Below, one piece after another: positions 30,867 through 45,098 of a DNA stretch of 64,000 nucleotides. Origin of the DNA: the human T2T-CHM13v2.0 reference genome, Homo sapiens; NCBI RefSeq assembly GCF_009914755.1, contig NC_060930.1. One strand, given 5' to 3'. The translations under genes and the position numbers were made by a program. A model generated the notes under the pieces. It saw only the letters and a program-made list of their open reading frames with translations, made no database searches and was not told the origin of the DNA. Within the stretch, counting starts at the first letter, position 1; the number at the start of each line of letters is the position of its first letter.

Positions 30867-31549
30867 CTCTGGACAAGAGCTGCTCTACCTAAATCTTACT
30901 CAAAATTATTGCATATGAAATTGTCATTTTTATAGGTCAAAGCATTCAAATATCCAGTAATTTAATATGATTCAATATATTATATTTACAGCAACTCAAA
31001 TGACGAAACATTAGTATGAACTTAAAAGTAAAGTGCAAACCTAAAGCCCATTGTTCTCTGGCAAAGTTGATGTCACTTCCTCATTAGTCAACAATCTTTT
31101 CGCGAGCAAAGGCAGTAGTTCCCAAACTTTACTGCACTTTACATTTATCCAAGGGGATTTATAAAACCAATGCCAAGGTTGGCACCCCAGAAAAGATAAA
31201 TCAGAATGCCTGGAAATGGGTATTTTTTAGTATTCCAAGCTAATCCCAAAATGCATTAGTGTTTACAAACCATGTGACAAGGGAGTTTCTTTCTATAAGG
31301 CATTCTTTGTATTCTATTAATGAATGTAGGATGAATAGTCATCTCATGTCATCAAATAGGATTATCTTATTATAAATTACATTATTCTTTCTTTGAATTC
31401 ACTGTTCTAGAACGTGTATAGCTAGACATTTATTCACTTATTGTCAGAGAGGATGTAGTCAGAAGACATGCTCACATATTTAGCTCTAGGTCATCTTTTC
31501 CTGCTCGTGTATCCCCTCACTTTCGTCCTGGGAAACAAGAACAATTGTA

Positions 31550-31770
31550 ATAATAATAGATAATATGGTTTCAGTCCATGCTATATAATGCACCCAAATT
31601 AACCATTTAATATTCACAAATACTATGACAGATATGATTATTGTACTCATTTTACAGATAAGAAAACTGGTCAAAGAGGCAAGGGGCAGTTAAGGTGGCA
31701 AAGCAATGATTATGACATGGCAATCTGGCCTTAGAGCGTGAGCTGGTAACCACTATACTGTCCTGTCTTT
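31550..31770 (-). mobile_element. MIR
   Basis: CATTTTACAGATAAGAAAACTG matches the MIR core. Confidence 0.65.
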
Positions 31771-32273
31771 TCATTGAATGAAGATTTCTCCTCCTTCTCT
31801 TCCTTTTTCCTTCCTCCTCCTTCTCCTTTTCTTCCTCCACTTCCTCCTCCTCCTACTTTTTGGTGTTCACCTAGCACAACATAAGATCTGCAACTGATGT
31901 CAACATCATATAACCTTATAAGTTTCCAAATCCAACCTTCTAATTACCTCTCATTGCCATACATCATGGCATGAATTTCCCTAATCCAACAGATCATAGT
32001 ATTCATATTCATCTTTTGTAAATTTATTACACTTTTGCATTATTACAACATAATTTTAAGAAGCATTCAACATAGTATTTAAGGATTCTGGAGGCATGTT
32101 AGAACAAGGTCCTAGTACTTTTCCTTACTTCATTTGACCATTTGTGTTGACACAATGGCTTCAAATCACAAGCCACAGGGCTCCTACAATTACGACTTAT
32201 CCACAGTAAATTTTTTCTTACAGTACAGTTCATTCTTCATCTTCTCATTTATGCTTCCACAGTCTGGAATCAT

Positions 32274-35093
32274 TTTCTTTTTTTTTTTTATTATACTTTA
32301 AGTTCTAGGGTACAAAGGACATGAAATCATCCTGTTTTATGGCTGCATAGTATTCCATGGTGTATATGTGCCACATTTTCTTAATCCAGTCTATCATTGA
32401 TGGACATTTGGGTTGGTTCCAAGTCTTTGCTATTGTGAATAGTGCCGCTAAACCTATCAGATCCTCTTAGTGCAGAGCTGAGTTCAATTCCTGGATATCC
32501 TTGTTAACTTTCTGTCTCGTTGATCTGTCTAATGTTGACAGTGGGGTGTTAAAGTCTCCATTATTATTGTGTGGGAGTCTAAGTCTCTTTGTAGGTCTCT
32601 AAGGACTTGCTTTATGAATCTGGATGCTCCTGTATTGGGCGCATACATATTTAGGATAGTTAGTTCTTCTTGTTGAATTGATCCCTTTACTATTATGTAA
32701 TGGCCTTCTTTGTCTCTTCTGATCTTTGTTGGTTTAAAGTCTGTTTTATTAGAGACTAGGATTGCAACCCCTGCCATTTTTGGTTTTCCATTTGCTTCAT
32801 AGATCTTCCTCCATCCCTTTATTTTGAACTTATGTGTGTCTCTGCACGTGAGATGGGTCTCCTGAATACAGCACACTGATGGGTCTTGACTCTTTATCCA
32901 ATTTGCCAGTCTGTGTCTTTTAACTGGAGCATTTAGTCCATTTACATTTAAGGTTAATATTGTTATGTGTGAATTTGATCCTGTCATTATGATGTTAGCT
33001 GGTTATTTTGCTCTTTAGTTGATGCAGTTTCTTCCTAGCATCAATGGTCTTCACAATTTGGCAAGTTTTTGCAGTGGCTGGTACTGGTTGTTCCTTTCCA
33101 TGTTTAGTGCTTCCTTCAGGAGCTCTTTTAGGGCAGGCCTGGTGGTGACAAAATCTGTCAGCTTTTGCTTATCTGTAAAGGATTTTATTTCTCTTTCACT
33201 TATGAAGTTTAGTTTGGCTGGATATGAAATTCTGGGTTGAAAATTCTTTTCTTTAAGAATGTTGAATATTGGTCCCCACTCTCTTCTGGCTTGTAGAGTT
33301 TCTGCTGAGATATCAGCTGTTAGTCTGATGGGCTTACCTTTGTGGGCAACCCGACCTTTCTCTCTGGCTGCCCTTAACATTTTTTTCTTCATTTCAACTT
33401 TGGTGAATCTGACAATTTTGTGTCTTGGAGTTGCTCTTCTCGAGGAGTATCTTTGTGGCATTCTCTGTATTTCCTGAATTTGAATGTTGGCCTGCCTTGC
33501 TAGGTTGGGGAAGTTCTCCTGGATAATATCCTGCAGAGTGTTTTCCAACTTGGTTCCATTCTCCCCGTCACTTTCAGGTACATCAATCGGACGTAGATTT
33601 GGTCTTTTCACATAGTCCCATATTTCTTGGAAGCTTTGTTCGTTTCTTTTTACTCTTTTTTCTCTAAGCTTCTCTTCTTGCTTCATTTCATTCATTTGAT
33701 CTTTAATCACTGATACCCTTTCTTCCAGTTGATTGAATCAGCTATTGAAGCTTGTGCATGTGTCACATAGTTCTTGTGCCATGGTTTTCAGCTCCATCAG
33801 GTCATTTAAGGACTTCTCTACACTGATTATTCTAGTTAGCCATTCGTCTAATCTTTTTTCAAGGTTTTTAGCTTCTTTTCGATGGGTTCGAACTTCCTCC
33901 TTTAGCTCGGAGAAGTTTGATTTTCTGAAGCCTTCTTCTCTCAACTCATCAAAGTCATTCTCCGTCCAGCTTTGTTCTGTTGCTGGCAAGGAGTTGCGTT
34001 CCTTTGGAGGGGGAGAGGTGCTATGATTTTTAGAATTTTCAGTTTTTCTGCTCTGTTTTTTTCCTATCTTTGTGGTTTTATCTACCTTTGGTCTTTGTTG
34101 ATGGTGACGTACAGATGGGGTTTTGGTGTGGTTGTCCTTTCTGTTTGTTAGTTTTCCTTCTAACAGACAGGACCCTCAGCTGCAGGTCTGTTGGAGTTTG
34201 CTGGAGGTCCACTCCAGACCCTGTTTGCCTGTGTATCAGCAGCGGAGGCTGCAGAACAGCGAATATTGCTGAACAGCAAATGTTGCTGCCTGATTGTTCC
34301 TCTGGAAGCTTCATCTCAGAGGAGTACCCAGCCGTGTGAGGTGTCCATCTGCCTCTACTGTGGGATGCCTCCCACTTAGGCTACTCGAGGTTCAGGGACC
34401 CACTTGAGGAGGCAGTCTGTCCATTCTCAGATCTCAAACTCCATGCTGGAAGAACCACTACTCTCTTCCAAGCTGTCAGACAGGGACATTTAAGTCTGCA
34501 GAGGTTTCTGCCACCTTTTGTTTGGCTATGCCCTGCCCCCAGAGGTGGAGTCTACAGAGGCAGGCAGGCCTCCTTGAGCTGTGGTGTTTCCACCCAATTT
34601 GAAACCTCCAGACTGCTTAGTTTACCTATTCAAGCCTCAGCAATGGCGGGCACCCTCCCCCAGCCTCGCTGCTGCCTTGCAGTTTGATCTCAGAGTGCTG
34701 TGCTAGCAATGAGCAAGGCTCCGTGGGTGTGAGACCCTCTGAGCTATGCACAGGATATAATCTCCTGGTGTGCCATTTGCTAAGACCATTGGAAAAGTGC
34801 AGTATTAGGGTGGGAGTGACCCAATTTCCCAGGTGCCATCTGTCACAGCTTCCCTTGGCTAGGAAAGGGAATTCCCTGACCCCTTGTGCTTCCCCGGTGA
34901 GGCAATGCCTTGCCCTGCTTCAGCTCACGCTCGGTGGGCTGTACCCATTGTCCTGGCCCCTCTGTCCGAAAAGCCCCAGTGAAATGAACCCGGTACCTCA
35001 GTTGGAAATGCAGAAATCACCCATCTTCTGCATTGCTCACGCTGGGAGCTGTAGACTGGAGCTCTTCCTATTTGGCCATCTTGGAACTGCCCC
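32274..35093 (-). mobile_element. L1PA5/6-like LINE-1 with intact 5' and 3' ends and two internal deletions (about 2.8 kb remains)
   Basis: Full 5'UTR at 34068-35093 with YY1 motif. ORF1 remnants: 33051..33710 and 33738..33989, start codon ATG changed to ATA. ORF2 endonuclease domain 32529..32987 (MTGSNSHITILTLNVNGLN). The element then jumps to the ORF2 C-terminus and again to the poly(A) end. Confidence 0.93.
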
Positions 35094-35187
35094 ATCTTTT
35101 TCATATTCTTACAAAAACACACGTTTTCCAAACTTTGTTCTACATGTCAGCACGAAAGAGGTGAAAGACCAGACTGCAAAGCAGTAA
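34643..35187 (+). pseudogene. L1 antisense ORF0 homologue, frameshifted
   Basis: ATGGCGGGC at 34643. The ORF 34684..35187 (ISECCASNEQGSVGVRPSE...SIRVGVT) matches L1 ORF0 but is one base out of frame with that ATG. Confidence 0.75.
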
Positions 35188-35985
35188 GAGAAGGCATTTA
35201 TTGGGATTTTAGGAATTGCAATTTTGGAGACACAGATTTGGCCAAAGGTCAAATTGAGTTCCAGAGGGAAGGGTGTAGGGGTTTATGAAAGAATGCTGAG
35301 GGTGTTTACGTAAGTTATTTTGAAAGAATTATTGTTAATGGAGGTGGCTGTCTTAGTACATGAGTTCACAGTTCACTGGTTGTCACCGTTCAGGAGTTGT
35401 AGCACTGGTGAAATTCAGCTGTTTTCCAGGATATTGTGGTCACTGCCGTTTGGCTAAGTTTGAAAGGTTCAAGGCAAGTTCCTATTTTTCTCAGGTTTTT
35501 TTTTTTTTTTTTGGTTGCAGGTTGATATGATTTGGCTCTGTGTCCCACCAAAATCTCATTTTGTAGCTCCCATAATTCCCATATGTTGTGGGAGGGACCT
35601 GGTGGGAGATGATTGTATCATGAGAATTGGTCTTTTCCATGCTGTTCTCATGATAGTGAATGGGTCTCATGAGAAGTGACGGTTTAAAAATGGGAGTTTC
35701 TCTGCGCAAGCTCTTTTGTTTTTTTGCCTGCCACCATCCACGTAAGATGTTACTTGCTCCTTCTTGCCTTCTGCCATGATTGTGAGGTTTCCCCAGCCAC
35801 ATGGCACTGTGAGTCCAATTAAACCTCTTTCTTTCACAAATTTCCCAGTCTTGGGTATGTCTTTATCAGTAGCATGAAAATGGACTAATACACAGGTTGT
35901 GCAAGTAGTTCTTTTTTCACATGGCTTTCTGACTTCATTTTGGAGCTGTGAACCGAAGTGATGTCATTTTGTATATCACATCTCA
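35140..35985 (-). mobile_element. ERV1-like solo LTR hosting a THE1 insertion (subfamily not identified)
   Basis: Reverse poly(A) signal TTTATT near 35197 and LTR-like end ATTTTGTATATCACATCTCA. Boundaries are approximate. Confidence 0.5.
35523..35892 (+). mobile_element. THE1B/C solo LTR
   Basis: TGATATGATTTGGCTCTGTGTCC...GGACTAATACA. Perfect 5-bp TSD CAGGT at 35518-35522 and 35893-35897. Confidence 0.92.
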
Positions 35986-36047
35986 TGTACAAAACACTAT
36001 TTGGCAAAACTGTAAAGAAGGTTCCATGAAAAAGAGAACTCCATGGC

Positions 36048-36565
36048 TGTGGTTGGCCTCCCTAAAACGGCCACATCTTTATCTCCCAGAATCTGTGAAT
36101 ATGTTCTTACATGACTGTAGGGACTTTTCACATGTGATTAAAAGATGGGTAAGATTATTGCAGAATATTTTTGTGGGCCCAGTGCAATTTACTAGGATCC
36201 TTATAAGACAGAAACAAAAGGATCTGGGTAAGAGGTATGACAATGAAAGTAGAGGGACAGGAAAGAGATTCGAAGATCCTGCTGGCTTGAAGATGGAGGA
36301 TGAAGTCATGACTCCAGAAATGCAGAAAGCCTGTGGAAGATAAAAAAGGCTTCTAGATTCTTCCCTAGAACATCCAGAGGGAATGTGGCCCTGACATGAA
36401 AAGAGTCCTCTTTTTCATGGAAACTTCTTTACAGTCTTGCCAAATAGTGTTTTGTACATAAGGCGACCCTTTTCAGACTTTGGAACTGTAAAAGAACAAA
36501 TCCGTATTGCTTCAAGCCACTAAGTCTGCAGTAATTTGTTATAGCAGCAATAGGGAACTAATGCA
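36048..36565 (+). mobile_element. MLT1D solo LTR carrying an inverted templated insertion
   Basis: MLT1D motifs GCTGGCTTGAAGATGGAGGA and AAGCCACTAAGT...GTTATAGCAGCAATAGGGAACTAATGCA. Approximate TSD ATGGC/CTGGC. Confidence 0.8.
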
Positions 36566-38539
36566 CTGGCCAAATAAATTTCAGAAATGCTACATGCTTT
36601 CTTATCTTTTAGAAAATGTACAGAGTATATTAGCATAAAAATATTAATGCTTAATACTAAAACATTTAATAGAATTGCAGTAATTTTCCCCTTGGAAAGG
36701 AGCTTTCATGGACAGAGAGCTTTGGTTGTGAATGACCTTAATTACTTGGCTATATTTTTGTTTATAACCTGCTCCACACTCAATGAATCCAAGGTGTTGT
36801 AAATTAGAAGACTGAGTTATGAACAGTATCTTGACCATTGTTCTGGAAGGATACAGACTTACTTCATGACTCCTTTATTCAGTTGATGCATTTTAGTTAC
36901 TGTATTTTCTCTGTGTTTTCTGCTCATACAGAATGGTAGCCCTGTAGATAATAGGTTTATGCTTGTATTAATAATTGTTCGGAATGGCTGCTGGTTTACA
37001 GATTAATGTTTTTTGCTAACAAGCTTGAGTAATGTTTAATTTTATGACAGCAGGAGTTTTAAATAATAATGCATCTTTTAAAAAATCACTATGTTCTGAG
37101 AAATATTTTATAATGAACTCTATATTTTAGGATGAAACGTTCTGATTCATCAATTATTAGAAACTTTGAGATTTTTTTTTCAGTGCATTATCAATGTAGT
37201 TTAGAATAACTGGCTTTTTTTCTTTTTGCATGGGTTTGGCACATGTTGATTAGAGAGAAAACCAACATAAAGGTCAAGTGACTTTTAATTTAATTAATTA
37301 ATTGATTATTTTTTAAGTGATGGGGATCCACTCAAGTGATCCACCCACCTGAGCCTCTTGAGTGTCTGGTTCTACCCAAATTCAGTGACACAAACCTGTC
37401 AGGTGGCTTTTTAAAATGTTTTTTGGAATAAATTTCTGGGTAGATAAGTATACATACCAGAAATTTAAGTGTATATTACCATAATAATGTCAATAATTAA
37501 TACCAAAACATCTAATAGAATTGCAATAATTTTCCCCTAGGAAAGCTGCTTTTGAGGACAGAGAGCTTTGGTTTGAATGAACTTAATTACTTATAAAATT
37601 ACAAGTATAGTAAAATGACTTTTCTATAGTCATTTTAGGGACAGTATAGTATACAGTGCTATATAGCAGAATAGTACAATAAATAGCATCTTTACTTACA
37701 TTTGCAGTAAAATTTTTGAAATCTCTAAAATCATGCTATGCTATTTTAGCAAAAGCAAAAAAAGTAAAAATATAGAAAAATATAACACAAAAATAAAATC
37801 TACCAATAATTAAATAAGGACAGTATAGTATACTGTACTGTCCCTAAAATACATAGTAAAATGACTCACATAGTACAATAAGTTTTGAGATATTAAAATG
37901 CATTTTTCCTAATTTGTTGTTGGCTTCCCTTAAGGGACGTACTAGAATTAAATTTGTTTCTCTGGCATTCCAAATATGTCTCACATTGAAGTATCACATT
38001 ATAGAACTGGAGATAGCACAAAAATAAAGGGGACTTCAATAATGTAGAACAAGTAAGTGCGTATCCTATTTATTTTTAAAAATATTAAATTTCTAATTTA
38101 AGCCAGGCATGCAACTAAGTGCTTCCTAGAAATAAATTTTGTCCCTGCTTTCAGTGTGCTTACAATACAATTTTTCAAAATCTCCATTTTTTCCATCTCC
38201 TTGACTTACATATAAAACTCAGAGATTTGTGTTAATAAATTTTCACTATTAAAAATGGTGGCTTAGTACAGTATGGAGTTTTTAGTCTTAAAAGGCTTCA
38301 GGTGCCCAGGATGATTCTCTTGATCCAGGTCAAGGTTCTAACAGTGATATTAAGTGTGCATTTTGAGATGGATCACCTGACTTTCTCATGTGAAAAACAG
38401 AGATAGTAACTACTACCTGTCTGAGAATCTCATGGAAGTGTGATGACCAAAAGAGATGTAATTTATGATAAGCCTTGACTACTGCAAATAGTTGTCCCAG
38501 GGAATGGCTTGACTGATGGAAGCACCAATTTATCAATAG

Positions 38540-38706
38540 CAGTAATTCTCTAAGTGTGGTCATCGGACAGCAATGTCCATATGTCCTAGAACCTTGTTAG
38601 AAATGCAAATTATCTACCCTCATTCAAGACTTGTTGAATTAGAACCACTAGGCTTTAATGAGCCCTCCAGGTGATTCTGATACAAGATGAAGTATGATAA
38701 GCACAG
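38540..38706. mobile_element. MER5A
   Basis: CAGTAATTCTCTAAGTGTGGTC...CTTGTTAGAAATGCAAAT...GCCCTCCAGGTGATTCTGAT. Confidence 0.8.
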
Positions 38707-39569
38707 CTCTAATAGATTGCTAAATGTACTAGTCTCTGCTCTGAGCTCAGAAAATGTTCTGTTAATGATTTTCAACCCAGAAATCTTCAACAGGAGTCTT
38801 CATCTTCAAAAGTATCTATGGAGACATTGTCACATGCCAAGAAGTCTACATTTTCATTTTTGATGCTCAAGTTATTTTCTAGCTGTTTTTAGCTCTTAGT
38901 TGAGAAAAAGTCCTTATTTAATTATTGGTAGATTTTATTTTTGTGTTATATTTCTCTACATTTTTACTTTTTTTGCTTTTGCGAAAATAGCATAGCATGA
39001 TTTTAGAGATTTCAAAAGTTTTACTGCAAATGTAAGTAAAGTTGCTATTTATTGAACTATTCTGCTACTATTTTAAACATAGCATCTTATTTAATCATTA
39101 TTAATTTATTTTACCTGTGACTCAAAGAAATTATATAGTTAGTAAATAGTATACTTAGAATCCAAAGATGGAGCTATTTAATTCCAGGGTAAGAGATTTC
39201 ATCATTTCTTCATGCTGCCTTCCAAACAGAACAACCTATGGCACTCTTCCCAGTATCCAAAACCAACGCTAATTTTTTATCTTAAACTTTGAACATAAAG
39301 TTTCAAGACTATTTTGTAAATAAAGGGTTGAAACAATTTTTCTGATCCAGAATTTTATGAGATATGCTTTGTGATAGTAAAGCTAGAACTTTGGCTAGGA
39401 AGAAAAACTTCCCAATTTTTTTTAAGACAATTTCTCAGGCAGATACAATTCTTGCACCAAATCTTTAGAAGGGAGCTTATAAAATATAACTGCAAACTAA
39501 ATATATTTACAAATAAATATTCAAAATTCCAAAATTTAAAGATAACAACTAGGAATCAAATTATTTTTA

Positions 39570-43640
<4,071 letters not shown>

Positions 43641-44204
43641 TTTGTAAGATTCTGGAGAATATGTTTCTGCAGTTAGGGCTTTCTGAATAAATTTTACAAA
43701 AATGTGTTTCCTGGCCTGAGAGCAAGCTTAGAAGGCAATTTATGACTGATCAGATAATGAAAACCTTCCAAAGAGATTGACCTAACTCTGGCAGTAAGAG
43801 GCTCAGGGCCTTGTATACATCTCTGAGTTGTCAAACTGGAGACACTGGGCCCATCTTTTTCCTCAGAGGTTTACTTTCATACCAAAGGGTTAGGTTAAGG
43901 ATCCTTCCATCTGATCTCCAAGGATACTCAGAAGGCGAGGAGGGAGAGTGATGTCTTTGCTTTTTAGAAACAAAAGAAATCCACATTTTGTTGTATGTCA
44001 CTTATAGAGTGACCCACCACTTGTATAGGGCATTTATTCCATCTGGCACTCACATGGTACTCTGAAGGCAGGCTGGGTGTGGGGACCAATGCTGCAGTGT
44101 TACTTCACTTGTTGATCTTTTTGTTGAGTGTAAAAAGAAATCTGCCTCTGATCTTAAAACCTTGTGTGTGTATTCAGAAAACATTAATAGAGATGAATAT
44201 TAAA

Positions 44205-44697
44205 AGCCTAACAATCGCAAAGGAAACAATCAACAGATTGAAAAGGGAACCTATGGAACGGGAGAAAATATTTGCAGATGATGTACCTGATAAGAGGTTA
44301 ACATCTAAAATATATAAGAACTGCAAATAACTTATTAGCAAAGAAAAAAAATCCAAAAATGGGCTAAAGACCTAAACAAATATTTCTTATAAGAAGACAT
44401 GCAAATGGTCAATGGTTATGTAGAAAAGGTGTTCAATATCACTAATAATTAGGGAAATGCAAATCAAAACCATGGAGATATCACCTCACACCTATCAGAA
44501 TGCCTACTATCAAAAAGATAAAAGATAAAGTATTGGTAAACTCTTAGAGGAAAGGGAAACCTTGTAAGCTGTTGGTGGGAATGTAAACTGGCGAAGTCAC
44601 CATGAAAAACACTATGGAAGTTCCTCAAAAAATCAAAAATACCATACTACCATATGGATCCAACAATCCCACTTCTGGATATATATCCAAAGGAAAG
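44205..44697 (+). mobile_element. L1MA/MB ORF2 3' fragment
   Basis: AAGGAAACAATCAACAGA...GGAAATGCAAATCAAAACC...TGTTGGTGGGAATGTAAACTGG. Confidence 0.8.
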
Positions 44698-44699
44698 TA

Positions 44700-45062
44700 T
44701 TATTATTATTTATTTTATATTTCCATAGATTTTTTGGGAAACAGGTGGCATTTAGTTACATGAATAACTTTTTAGTGATGATTTGTGAGATTTTGGTGCA
44801 CCCATCACCAGAGCAGTATACACTGAATCCAATTTGTAGTCTTTTATCCTTCATCCTCTTCCCACACTTTCCCCTTGAGTCCCCAAAGTCCATTATGTTG
44901 CTTTATGACTTTGCATCCTCATAGCTTAGCTCCCACTTATGAGTGAGAACATACAACGTTTGGTTTTCCATTCCTGAGTAACTTCACTTAGAATAAGTCT
45001 CCAATCCCATCCAGGTTGCTGCAAATGCCTTTAATTCATTCTTGTTATGGCTGAGTAGTATT

Positions 45063-45098
<36 letters not shown>

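Noticed and set aside
32300-32470. Splicing as the cause of the two deletions in the 32-35 kb L1
   Set aside because: The removed segments do not begin with GT and end with AG on the sense strand, and one junction has 4-bp microhomology.
35985-36459. A new DNA transposon with 57-bp terminal inverted repeats
   Set aside because: There is no TSD, and the MLT1D continues past the right copy, which fits a templated insertion better.
43645-44200. Possible old LTR fragment
   Set aside because: It looks LTR-like, but I could not assign a family or clear termini.
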